From: a virus
Strand: one strand, 5' to 3'
Length of the DNA: 64,000 nucleotides
Virus record (IMG/VR): IMGVR_UViG_3300037427_002598
Span: 5,120 to 69,119 of that record
The translations under genes were made by a program, and so were the position numbers. This document shows positions 26,365 to 35,507 of this stretch, one piece after another (the first letter of the stretch is position 1; each line of letters begins with the position of its first letter). The notes beneath the pieces are model-generated. The model did not search any database. It was not told where the DNA came from and saw only the letters and a list, made by a program, of their open reading frames with translations.

Positions 26365-28586
26365 TATATAATCAAACTTTATTTAAAGTATTACCTAACT
26401 ATATTAGGTCAAGTATAATAAAAAGAAACAATAGATATAAAAAGTGGAAATATGGGTACGATCAAGAACATGATATCGTGGTTATTAGTAAAACTGGGAA
26501 AATTGGTGAAATATATCAAATACAAAATCTCACAATTGCTTTACCATTAGAAGAAAATACATACAAAAGATCTAAAAAGAAAGATGAACAATATTGGGAA
26601 GTATTTGAATATCCTAAAATATTATCAAAACTAAAAACAGTTTTTGATTGGAATAATACTTCTCTAGATTTTAAAAACAAATGGTATGATTATATTGATG
26701 AAGAATTTAAAAGACGTGAAGAAGGTTTTTGGTTTTATAACCAAGGCAGTAGCACTTATCTTACTGGTTCTCATTATATGTACTTGCAGTGGACCAAGAT
26801 TGATGTTGGGAAACCAGACTTTCGAGAGTCCAATAGACTTTTCTTTATTTTTTGGGAAGCGTGTAAAGCCGATAACCGGTGTTACGGAATGTGCTACCTT
26901 AAGAACCGTAGATCTGGATTTTCTTTCATGGCATCCTCAGAATTGGTACACCAAGCCACTATATCCTCGGATTCACGATATGGAATATTATCTAAAACTG
27001 GAGCTGATGCGAAGAAAATGTTTACTGACAAAGTGGTACCAATATCAGTTAACTATCCCTTCTTTTTCAAACCAATCCAGGACGGTATGGATCGCCCCAA
27101 GACGGAACTCGCGTATAGAGTCCCTGCCTCGAAACTTACCAGAAAAAAGTTGGACCAGAATAGTCAAATCGAAGACATCCAGGGGTTGGATACAACCATC
27201 GATTGGAAGAACACGGGGGACAACTCCTACGATGGGGAGAAGTTACAAGTCCTTGCCCACGACGAATCAGGGAAATGGGAGAGGCCGGATAATATCCTCA
27301 ACAACTGGAGAGTCACGAAAACGACGTTAAGATTAGGAAGTAGAATAGTAGGAAAATGTATGATGGGTTCTACTTCAAACGCTTTAGATAAAGGAGGAGA
27401 TAATTTTAAAAAATTATATGAAGCTTCAGACGTTACAAAACGAAACCGCAACGGACAGACTAATTCAGGACTTTATAATTTGTTCATTCCTATGGAATGG
27501 AACTACGAAGGATACATTGATTCTTATGGCGTACCTGTCTTCGAAACTCCAAAAAAAGCGGTTAAAAGTATTGATGGATCCCAAATTAACATCGGAGTTA
27601 TCTCACATTGGGAAAATGAAGTAGAAGGTTTAAAAACTGATCAAGATAGTTTAAATGAATTTTATAGACAATTTCCCAGAACTGAAAAACATGCCTTTAG
27701 AGATGAGGCTAAACAGTCTCTTTTTAATCTTACTAAAATATACGAGCAGATAGATTATAATGAAGATTTAAAACACTCTAATGTTTTAACACGTGGAGGT
27801 TTTCAATGGGAAAATGCAATAAAAGATACTAGAGTTGTTTTTGTACCTCATAAAACTGGGAGATTTTTAGTTAGTTGGGTTCCTCCTGCCCGTTTACAAA
27901 ATAGATATATAATAAAAAATGGAATACGGTTTCCTGGTAATCCGGACTGTGGGGCTTTTGGTTGTGATCCATACGATATTTCAGGAACAGTAGATGGAAG
28001 AGGTTCAAAAGGATCTTTGCATGGTTTAAGTAAATTTACTATGGAAGACATTCCTCCTAATATGTTTTTTTTAGAATACATTGCACGACCTCAAACTGCA
28101 GAAATATTTTTTGAAGATGTGTTAATGGCTTTAGTTTTTTATGGAATGCCATTACTTGCAGAAAATAATAAACCAAGATTATTATATTATTTAAAACGTA
28201 GAGGATATCGGGGATATTCTATGAATAGACCAGATAGAATTTATAATAAATTATCTGTTGCGGAAAGAGAAATAGGTGGTATACCTAATTCAAGTGAAGA
28301 TATAAAACAAGCTCACGCCGCTGCTATAGAAGATTATATAGAAAATTATATAGGATATACAGAAGATAGATATGGTGATATGTATTTTCAGAAAACTTTA
28401 GAAGATTGGGCAAGTTTTAATATTAATAACAGAACTAAGCATGATGCGGCAATAAGTTCAGGTTTAGCAATTATGGCTTGTAATAAAAACAGATATACAC
28501 CAGTAGTGAATAGAACAATAACACAAGTTCCTTTAGGTTTTAAAAAATACGATAATAAAGGGGTAAATTCAAAAATTCTAAAATAG
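26361..28586 (+). CDS. terL: Terminase large subunit
   Basis: Walker A-like KNRRSGFS, Walker B LAHDESGK, coupling motif MMGST, nuclease GCDP and ENN motifs. Confidence 0.92.
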   Translation: MIYNQTLFKVLPNYIRSSIIKRNNRYKKWKYGYDQEHDIVVISKTGKIGEIYQIQNLTIALPLEENTYKRSKKKDEQYWEVFEYPKILSKLKTVFDWNNTSLDFKNKWYDYIDEEFKRREEGFWFYNQGSSTYLTGSHYMYLQWTKIDVGKPDFRESNRLFFIFWEACKADNRCYGMCYLKNRRSGFSFMASSELVHQATISSDSRYGILSKTGADAKKMFTDKVVPISVNYPFFFKPIQDGMDRPKTELAYRVPASKLTRKKLDQNSQIEDIQGLDTTIDWKNTGDNSYDGEKLQVLAHDESGKWERPDNILNNWRVTKTTLRLGSRIVGKCMMGSTSNALDKGGDNFKKLYEASDVTKRNRNGQTNSGLYNLFIPMEWNYEGYIDSYGVPVFETPKKAVKSIDGSQINIGVISHWENEVEGLKTDQDSLNEFYRQFPRTEKHAFRDEAKQSLFNLTKIYEQIDYNEDLKHSNVLTRGGFQWENAIKDTRVVFVPHKTGRFLVSWVPPARLQNRYIIKNGIRFPGNPDCGAFGCDPYDISGTVDGRGSKGSLHGLSKFTMEDIPPNMFFLEYIARPQTAEIFFEDVLMALVFYGMPLLAENNKPRLLYYLKRRGYRGYSMNRPDRIYNKLSVAEREIGGIPNSSEDIKQAHAAAIEDYIENYIGYTEDRYGDMYFQKTLEDWASFNINNRTKHDAAISSGLAIMACNKNRYTPVVNRTITQVPLGFKKYDNKGVNSKILK
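26686..27330 (+). CDS. Putative overprinted (+1 frame) membrane/lipoprotein inside terL
   Basis: 214 stop-free codons in the +1 frame; local GC rise ends exactly at its stop; basic N-terminus, hydrophobic core and Cys. Confidence 0.5.
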   Translation: MIILMKNLKDVKKVFGFITKAVALILLVLIICTCSGPRLMLGNQTFESPIDFSLFFGKRVKPITGVTECATLRTVDLDFLSWHPQNWYTKPLYPRIHDMEYYLKLELMRRKCLLTKWYQYQLTIPSFSNQSRTVWIAPRRNSRIESLPRNLPEKSWTRIVKSKTSRGWIQPSIGRTRGTTPTMGRSYKSLPTTNQGNGRGRIISSTTGESRKRR

Positions 28587-30980
28587 ATGGTTAAGATTAA
28601 CTACAATAGTGCTTTCCCAGATCAGGTGGTACCTGAAGAAGAGAAAAAATCTAAAGAATATGGTTTACAAGTAGCACAAGCCATTGAAGGAGAGTGGTTT
28701 AAAAATTCAAGTGGCAGAAATAGATTTATTAATAATTTTCAAAATTTTAATAGATTAAGATTATATGCTCGTGGAGAACAACCTGTTCAAAAATACAAAG
28801 ATGAATTAGCTATAAATGGTGATTTATCATATTTAAATTTAGATTGGAAACCCGTACCTATTCTTTCTAAATTTGTAGATATAGTAGTTAATGGTATGAC
28901 TGATAAAGGTTATAAAGTTAACTCCTTTGCAACAGACCCTTTTGCAATGAAACAAAGAACACATTACGCATCAACTGCATTAAGAGATATTCAAAGTAAA
29001 GCTGAAATAGATGCCTTAGCTCAAGCCACTGGTCGTAATTTTTATTCTTCTCCAAATCCACAGTCATTACCAGACAACCCAGAGGAATTAGATCTTTATA
29101 TGCAATTAGATTATAAACAGAGTGTAGAAATTGCAGAAGAAGAGGTTATAAATAATGTATTAGATTTTAATAAATACGAAGAAACAAAAAAAAGAATAGC
29201 CTACGATTTAACTGTTTTAGGTATTGGATGTGTAAAAACTAATTTTAATTTAGCAGAAGGAATTACAGTAGATTATGTAGATCCAGCTAATATAGTTTAT
29301 TCATATACAGATGATCCAAACTTTGAAGATATTTATTATGTAGGGGAAGTAAAAAATATGTCATTATCCGAAGTTAAAAGACAGTTTCCTTACTTAACAG
29401 ATAGTGATTTAGAAGAAATACAAAAATATCCAGGAAGAAATTCATATGTAAATAACACTTGGTGGGGACAAGAAGCACAAGATCAAGTTCAAGTTTTGTT
29501 TTTTGAATATAAAACATATCAAAATCAAGTATTTAAAATAAAAGAAACTGATCAAGGATTACAAAAAACTTTAGAAAAACCCGATACTTTCAATCCTCCT
29601 GAAAATGATAATTTTGAAAGAGTAAGTAGAGCAATAGAAGTATTATATAGTGGGGCTAAAGTTTTAGGATTGGGAGGAAATTTATTGCAATGGGAATTAA
29701 GTGCTAATATGACTAGGCCGTTTAGCGATACTACAAAAGTTAATATGAATTATGCAATAAGTTCTCCTAGAATGTATCAAGGAAGAATTGAATCTATTGT
29801 AAGTAAGTGTGTTGGATTTGCTGATATGATACAATTAACACATTTAAAATTACAACAAGTACTTGCTAGATTAGTACCAGATGGAGTTTATTTAGATGTA
29901 GATGGTTTAGCAGAAGTAGATCTTGGAAATGGAACTAATTATAATCCAGCTGAAGCATTAAACATGTATTTTCAAACTGGTAGTATAGTAGGAAGATCTT
30001 TAACACAAGATGGGGAATTAAACAGAGGTAAAGTACCTGTACAAGAGCTACAAAGTTCATCTGGAATTTCTAAGATACAATCGATGATCCAAACATATCA
30101 ATATTATCTACAAATGATTAGAGATGTTACGGGACTAAACGAAGCTAGAGATGGTAGCACTCCGGCAAAAGACTCTTTGGTAGGTCTTCAAAAACTTGCT
30201 GCCGCTAATTCAAATACAGCAACAAAACACGTTCTTCAGTCTCTTATGTATCTAACTGTTCGTGCGTGTGAGAATATAGCATTAAGAGTATCTGATATGT
30301 TGCAGTTTCCTTTAACAAAGAATAGTTTATTAAACAGCATTAACACATTTAATGTTAACACTTTAAAGGAACTAGAACATTTGCACTTGCATGATTTTGG
30401 TATATTTTTAGAATTAGAACCAGAAGAAGAAGAAAAAGCTGAATTAGAAAAAACAATTCAAATAGCTTTACAAGCAGGTAATATAGGATTAGAAGATGCA
30501 ATAGATATAAGAGAAATTCAAAACATCAAACTTGCTAATCAACTTTTAAAAAATAGACAAAAGAAAAAACAAGAAGCAGAAAGAGCTGCTCAACTAGAGA
30601 ATATTGAAGCACAAGCCGCTGCAAATGCAGAGGCCGCTGAAAAGGCAGCTTTATCTGACGTACAAAAACAACAAGCAATTGCACAAACTGAAGTACAAAT
30701 AGAACAAGCAAAGTCGCAATTTGAAATTGAAAGGATGGAGCAAGAGGCAATTATAAAGAAACAATTAATGGCAGAAGAATTTAATTATGATATGCAATTA
30801 GCTCAAATTCAGGCTCAATCACAACAACAAAAAGAAGCTGCTATAGAAGATCGTAAAGATAAACGAATAAAAATACAAGGTACACAACAAAGTGAACTTA
30901 TAGATCAACGTCAAAATGATTTATTACCTAAAGATTTTGAATCTACTGGTAGTGATAGTTTAGTGGGTTTTGGATTATAA
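28587..30980 (+). CDS. Portal protein
   Basis: 797 aa directly after terL; PVPILSKFVDIVVNG, IRDVTGLNEARDG and Q/E-rich C-terminal barrel, as in crAss-like portals. Confidence 0.88.
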   Translation: MVKINYNSAFPDQVVPEEEKKSKEYGLQVAQAIEGEWFKNSSGRNRFINNFQNFNRLRLYARGEQPVQKYKDELAINGDLSYLNLDWKPVPILSKFVDIVVNGMTDKGYKVNSFATDPFAMKQRTHYASTALRDIQSKAEIDALAQATGRNFYSSPNPQSLPDNPEELDLYMQLDYKQSVEIAEEEVINNVLDFNKYEETKKRIAYDLTVLGIGCVKTNFNLAEGITVDYVDPANIVYSYTDDPNFEDIYYVGEVKNMSLSEVKRQFPYLTDSDLEEIQKYPGRNSYVNNTWWGQEAQDQVQVLFFEYKTYQNQVFKIKETDQGLQKTLEKPDTFNPPENDNFERVSRAIEVLYSGAKVLGLGGNLLQWELSANMTRPFSDTTKVNMNYAISSPRMYQGRIESIVSKCVGFADMIQLTHLKLQQVLARLVPDGVYLDVDGLAEVDLGNGTNYNPAEALNMYFQTGSIVGRSLTQDGELNRGKVPVQELQSSSGISKIQSMIQTYQYYLQMIRDVTGLNEARDGSTPAKDSLVGLQKLAAANSNTATKHVLQSLMYLTVRACENIALRVSDMLQFPLTKNSLLNSINTFNVNTLKELEHLHLHDFGIFLELEPEEEEKAELEKTIQIALQAGNIGLEDAIDIREIQNIKLANQLLKNRQKKKQEAERAAQLENIEAQAAANAEAAEKAALSDVQKQQAIAQTEVQIEQAKSQFEIERMEQEAIIKKQLMAEEFNYDMQLAQIQAQSQQQKEAAIEDRKDKRIKIQGTQQSELIDQRQNDLLPKDFESTGSDSLVGFGL

Positions 30981-31028
30981 AACAAAATTCCTAGCTAATA
31001 TTTATTATTAATTTTATATTATTTTATT

Positions 31029-32324
31029 ATGTCAAAAAAAGAAGAAGAAACAATAAAAGAAAAAGTATTGGAAACAGTACAAAAATCTAAAACCGCTGCA
31101 GAAACTAATAGCAATGAACCAGCTAAGGAAGAAGGTAGTTTTAAAATAAAAAAGGTTACTAAACCAAAACAACTAGGGGATAATAAAGTTCCTAATCTTA
31201 TAAAGGTAGATTTATCAAAACCTGCCTCACAAACTAAAAACAAAGAAAAAGATGCCGTTCCTACACAAGAGACAAATGTGGGCGATGCTACTCTCGAAGA
31301 GCAAAAAGACAGTGGCGACAGCGAAAAAGTGGTTAGCGAAGTACGGTCCACCGACGAAGAAGTAAAAGAAGAATCAGATTCACCAATAGAAGAAATTAAA
31401 AATGAAGACGATAATACTGACACGCCAGGAGTGGCAGGAAGCGATGAAACTACCACTACCACACAAAAACAAGAAGAAATATTACAGGAAGACAAAACAC
31501 AAGAGCTTCCGGAAAATGTAGAAAATTTAGTAAAATTCATGAAAGAGACGGGAGGAACCGTTGAAGATTATGCTCGTTTAAACGCTGATTATAGCGGAAT
31601 TAGTAATGATGCATTATTACATGAATATTATAAACAAGCTAAACCTCATTTGAATGCTGAAGAAAGAAACTTTATTATTGAAGATTCATTTCAGTATGAT
31701 GAAGAGGTGGACGAGGAGCGAGATATAAAAAAGAAAAAACTCGCTTACAAAGAAGAGATAGCTAAAGCCAAAAACTTTTTAGATGATCTTAAAGACAAGT
31801 ATTATGCCGAAATCAAGTTGAGACCCGGTGTTACTCAAGAACAACAAAAAGCAATGGACTTTTTCAATCGCTATAACGAAAATCAAGAAGTAAATAAAGC
31901 TAAGCACGAAAGATTTATATCTGCTACAAAATCTATTCTTAACGAAGATTTCAAAGGTTTTGATTTTAAATTAGGAGACAAAAAATTCAGATATGGAGTA
32001 AAAGATCCTTCAAGCTTAGGTGAAAGTCAAAGTGATATATCTAACTTTATTAAGACGTTCTTAAATAAAGAAGGTGAGGTAGAAAATCCTAAAACTTATC
32101 ATAAAGCTTTATATGCTGCACGAAATGTAGATACTATAGCTAATCATTTTTACGAGCAAGGTAAAACCGACGCAATTAAAGAACAGATAGCAAAATCTAA
32201 AAATATTAGTACTGAACCCAGAAAAACAGGTTCAGGAGAAGTATTTGTAGGTGGATTAAAGGTAAAAGCAATTAGTGGCCTTGATTCTTCAAAACTGAGA
32301 ATAAAAAAGAAAACGTTTAATTAA
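31029..32324 (+). CDS. Capsid scaffolding-like protein
   Basis: Acidic disordered N-terminus, helical C-terminus, between portal and MCP. Confidence 0.75.
   Translation: MSKKEEETIKEKVLETVQKSKTAAETNSNEPAKEEGSFKIKKVTKPKQLGDNKVPNLIKVDLSKPASQTKNKEKDAVPTQETNVGDATLEEQKDSGDSEKVVSEVRSTDEEVKEESDSPIEEIKNEDDNTDTPGVAGSDETTTTTQKQEEILQEDKTQELPENVENLVKFMKETGGTVEDYARLNADYSGISNDALLHEYYKQAKPHLNAEERNFIIEDSFQYDEEVDEERDIKKKKLAYKEEIAKAKNFLDDLKDKYYAEIKLRPGVTQEQQKAMDFFNRYNENQEVNKAKHERFISATKSILNEDFKGFDFKLGDKKFRYGVKDPSSLGESQSDISNFIKTFLNKEGEVENPKTYHKALYAARNVDTIANHFYEQGKTDAIKEQIAKSKNISTEPRKTGSGEVFVGGLKVKAISGLDSSKLRIKKKTFN
31252..31365 (+). CDS. Putative overprinted 37-aa basic peptide (MPF..K.Q...AKKW type) inside scaffold gene
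   Basis: +1 frame MPFLHKRQMWAMLLSKSKKTVATAKKWLAKYGPPTKK; A-rich leader; locally raised GC. Confidence 0.5.
   Translation: MPFLHKRQMWAMLLSKSKKTVATAKKWLAKYGPPTKK
31402..31521 (+). CDS. Putative overprinted 39-aa basic peptide with ArfA-like motif inside scaffold gene
   Basis: +1 frame MKTIILTRQEWQEAMKLPLPHKNKKKYYRKTKHKSFRKM; A-rich leader; locally raised GC. Confidence 0.45.
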   Translation: MKTIILTRQEWQEAMKLPLPHKNKKKYYRKTKHKSFRKM

Positions 32325-32341
32325 AAATTAATAAATAAATT

Positions 32342-33796
32342 ATGGGAATTTTAACTCCACAATTTGGTTCAATAGTTCCTGCTCCTAATCAGCAGCTATT
32401 AGCCAGTAACTACCTATCTTTTACAGATGGTACAAGTGATTTTGCTCAGCAATATCTACCTGAAATATATGAACAAGAAGTAGAGAGATATGGAAATAGA
32501 ACTCTATCTGGTTTCTTACGTATGGTAGGTGCTGAAATGCCTTTAACTTCAGATCAAGTTGTTTGGTCAGAACAAAATAGATTACATATTTCTTATGACG
32601 GCGTAGCTAATGGTTGCCCTGGTAATTGTGATACTCTTACAATACCTGCTCCAACAGCTCCAGGCGTTACTAGAAATGTAATTTCACCGGGTCAAACTAT
32701 TGTTGCAATGGATGATGTTGGTAATGAATTAAAATGTGTTGTCTTAACTTCACAAACAGCTACAGGTGTACTTACTGTTGCTCCTTATACAGCTCAAACA
32801 TTAGCTACTTTAGGTGCGACTGTAAAAATATTTGTATTTGGTTCAGAATTTCAAAAAGGCGCTGCAACAAGTAATGCAGTTGCTGGTTTACAAACAGGGA
32901 ATTTAGCTAACCAACCACAAATTACTATTACTCCAGCTTTTCAACAATATAACAACTCACCAGTTATTATCAGAAATGTTTATACAATAAACGGATCAGA
33001 TATGGCTCAAATAGGTTGGGTTGAAGTTGCTACAGAAGATGGAACTACTGGTTATCTATGGTACTTAAAAGCAGAATCTGAAACTAGATTACGATTTGAA
33101 GATTATCTTGAAATGGTATGTGTTGAAGGAGAACTTGCTGCAAATATTGGAGCTGGTGATGCATTCGCTGCTGGTTACAAAGGTACTGAAGGTCTTTTTG
33201 CTGCTATCTCTTCAAGAGGTAATGTAGAAGTTGGATTTGCTGGCGCTGCTGGTATTGATGATTTTGACGAAATACTTAAAAACCTAGATACTCAAGGTGC
33301 TATTGAAGAAAATATGTTGTTCTTACAAAGATCAACTGCATTAGAATTTGATAACATGCTTGCTAATGTATCTTATGGTGCAAACGGTGGTACTGCTTAT
33401 GGGTTATTTGAAAACTCAGAAGAAATGGCTTTAAATCTTGGATTTAGCGGTTTCAGAAGAGGATCTTATGACTTTTATAAAACTGATTGGAAATACTTAA
33501 ATGATGCTTCTACAAGAGGTGCTATTTCAGGTACACAATCAATTGAAGGTGTTTTAATACCAGCAGGTACTTCAACAGTTTACGATCAAATTTTAGGTAC
33601 TAACATCAGACGACCATTCTTACACGTTAGATATAGAGCTTCTCAAACAGAAGACAGACGTATGAAGTCTTGGTTAACTGGATCAGCTGGAGGTGCTTAC
33701 ACTTCTAATCTTGATGCAATGGAAGTCAACTTCCTTTCAGAAAGATGTCTTGTAACTCAAGCTGCTAATAACTTTGTGTTATTTAAAGGTATTTAA
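32342..33796 (+). CDS. Major capsid protein
   Basis: 484 aa after the scaffold; QQYLPEIYEQEVERYGNRT...WSEQNRLH; strongly biased codon usage; followed by a hairpin. Confidence 0.88.
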   Translation: MGILTPQFGSIVPAPNQQLLASNYLSFTDGTSDFAQQYLPEIYEQEVERYGNRTLSGFLRMVGAEMPLTSDQVVWSEQNRLHISYDGVANGCPGNCDTLTIPAPTAPGVTRNVISPGQTIVAMDDVGNELKCVVLTSQTATGVLTVAPYTAQTLATLGATVKIFVFGSEFQKGAATSNAVAGLQTGNLANQPQITITPAFQQYNNSPVIIRNVYTINGSDMAQIGWVEVATEDGTTGYLWYLKAESETRLRFEDYLEMVCVEGELAANIGAGDAFAAGYKGTEGLFAAISSRGNVEVGFAGAAGIDDFDEILKNLDTQGAIEENMLFLQRSTALEFDNMLANVSYGANGGTAYGLFENSEEMALNLGFSGFRRGSYDFYKTDWKYLNDASTRGAISGTQSIEGVLIPAGTSTVYDQILGTNIRRPFLHVRYRASQTEDRRMKSWLTGSAGGAYTSNLDAMEVNFLSERCLVTQAANNFVLFKGI

Positions 33797-33825
33797 TCCT
33801 GTGAAACCAAAAGGGATTTAATATC

Positions 33826-33866
33826 AGTAAAGACGGGGCATCTTTATGGTGCTCCGACTCTTTACT
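33826..33866 (+). terminator. Stem-loop downstream of MCP
   Basis: AGTAAAGA-CGGGGCATC-loop-GGTGCTCCG-AC-TCTTTACT imperfect hairpin followed by T-rich sequence. Confidence 0.55.
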
Positions 33867-33890
33867 TTAACTATTTAATTATATTATATC

Positions 33891-34715
33891 ATGGCAAAAA
33901 AAATAAAAAATGAAGAGGTTGTTTTAGAAGAATCTATACAAGTTGAACAACCAAAAAAACCAACAAATACTCCTAATAATACTTGGGAAGCAAAAGATAG
34001 AACTTATATATTAGCTGGAAATAAAACTCCATTAACTTATAAAATTCCATCAAGACATACTACTAGACACGCTCTTTTGTGGTATGATCCAAAATCACGA
34101 GAGCAAAGAGAAATTAGATATGCTACTAATCAAAACTCTCCTTTCAAAGATGAACAAAAAGGCGAAGCAACTCTAGGACATATAGTGTTTAGAGATGGAG
34201 CGTTGCTTGTAAAAAAAGAAGAAGAAGTATTACAAAAAATATTATCTTTATATCATCCTTTAAAAGGTAAAAGATATAGAGAAGTAGATGAAGTTGTACA
34301 AGCTCAAGATGAGTTACAAGATTTAGAACTTGAAATAGATGCTTTAAATGCTGCTAGAATTATAGAAATAGATCAAGGTGAAGCAATTTTAAGGGTTGAA
34401 TCCGGTTCTAAAGTATCGGAGATGAGTTCTAAAGAGATTAAAAGAGATTTATTAGTATTTGCTAAGAAAAACCCTAAACTCTTTTTAGATTTAGCTAATG
34501 ATGAAAATGTACAACTACGGAACTTTGCTATTAAAGCTGTAGAGGCTGGAATAATAAAACTTAGTTCTGACCAAAAAACATTTTTATGGGCATCTAATAA
34601 AAAGAAACTAATGACAGTTCCTTTTGATGAACATCCATATTCTGCTATGGCTCAATTTTTTAAAACCGATGAGGGATTAGAAATATTTAAATCAATAGAG
34701 AAAAAACTTTCTTAA
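33891..34715 (+). CDS. Conserved protein following MCP (crAss gene 75-like position)
   Basis: 274 aa; syntenic position after the capsid gene. Confidence 0.6.
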   Translation: MAKKIKNEEVVLEESIQVEQPKKPTNTPNNTWEAKDRTYILAGNKTPLTYKIPSRHTTRHALLWYDPKSREQREIRYATNQNSPFKDEQKGEATLGHIVFRDGALLVKKEEEVLQKILSLYHPLKGKRYREVDEVVQAQDELQDLELEIDALNAARIIEIDQGEAILRVESGSKVSEMSSKEIKRDLLVFAKKNPKLFLDLANDENVQLRNFAIKAVEAGIIKLSSDQKTFLWASNKKKLMTVPFDEHPYSAMAQFFKTDEGLEIFKSIEKKLS

Positions 34716-34722
34716 TATAAAT

Positions 34723-34753
34723 TAATAAGGGAGGCTCTACGCCTCCTTTATTA
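34723..34753 (+). terminator. Intergenic hairpin
   Basis: TAATAAGGGAGGC-TCTAC-GCCTCCTTTATTA near-perfect inverted repeat. Confidence 0.65.
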
Positions 34754-34769
34754 TAATAACACAATACAA

Positions 34770-35501
34770 ATGGCTATAAACGTAAATACGGTATATCAAA
34801 CTGTTTTACTTATCTTAAACAAAGAGCAAAGAGGATATATTACTCCAACTGAATTTAACAGTTTAGGAACACAAGTACAACGAGAAGTTTTTGAAAAATA
34901 TTTTGATGATATAAACCAACAACTTCGTATTCCTCAAACTAACACAGACTACGCAGACAGGGTTGAAAATTTAGACGAAAAAATAGCTATTTTTAAAACA
35001 TTTGGTAACGCTAGTTATGTTACTTTTAATAACCTTTCTTACTGGGTACTTCCTAATGCAACCGCTTATGGCGATGGGGCAACGTTTTATCGTTTAGGTA
35101 CAGTACTTTATAATAATGAAACTGAGGTCCAACGTCTTGACCGTAAAGATTTTTATCAAATAGATAAATCATTATTAACAAAACCCTCAACTACTTTTCC
35201 TGTATATTTATATGAGAATGAAAAACTGTTTATTAAACCTACCACTATTACTACAGCGGGAGATATACAGATAGATTATTTACGTACACCGGTTAACCCA
35301 GTGTGGGGATTTACTACAGGTAGTTTAGGTCAATATATATATGAAACCTCAAGTTCTACTGATTTTGAACTTCATATTTCTGAACAAACAAATGTAATTT
35401 TACAAGTATTAAAATATGCTGGGGTAATAATAAAAGATCCTGAAATTATACAAGTAGCTGCTCAAGAAGTTGCTATGAATGAACAAAACGAAAAAATATA
35501 A
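34770..35501 (+). CDS. Head-tail ring/adaptor protein
   Basis: LILNKEQRGYITPTEFN N-terminus and YLRTP motif resemble crAss-like ring proteins. Confidence 0.7.
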   Translation: MAINVNTVYQTVLLILNKEQRGYITPTEFNSLGTQVQREVFEKYFDDINQQLRIPQTNTDYADRVENLDEKIAIFKTFGNASYVTFNNLSYWVLPNATAYGDGATFYRLGTVLYNNETEVQRLDRKDFYQIDKSLLTKPSTTFPVYLYENEKLFIKPTTITTAGDIQIDYLRTPVNPVWGFTTGSLGQYIYETSSSTDFELHISEQTNVILQVLKYAGVIIKDPEIIQVAAQEVAMNEQNEKI

Positions 35502-35507
35502 TAAATC

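Noticed and set aside
30040-30390. Slightly GC-raised patch in the portal gene as another overprint
   Set aside because: The +1 frame contains several stops here; more likely drift or a recombined segment.
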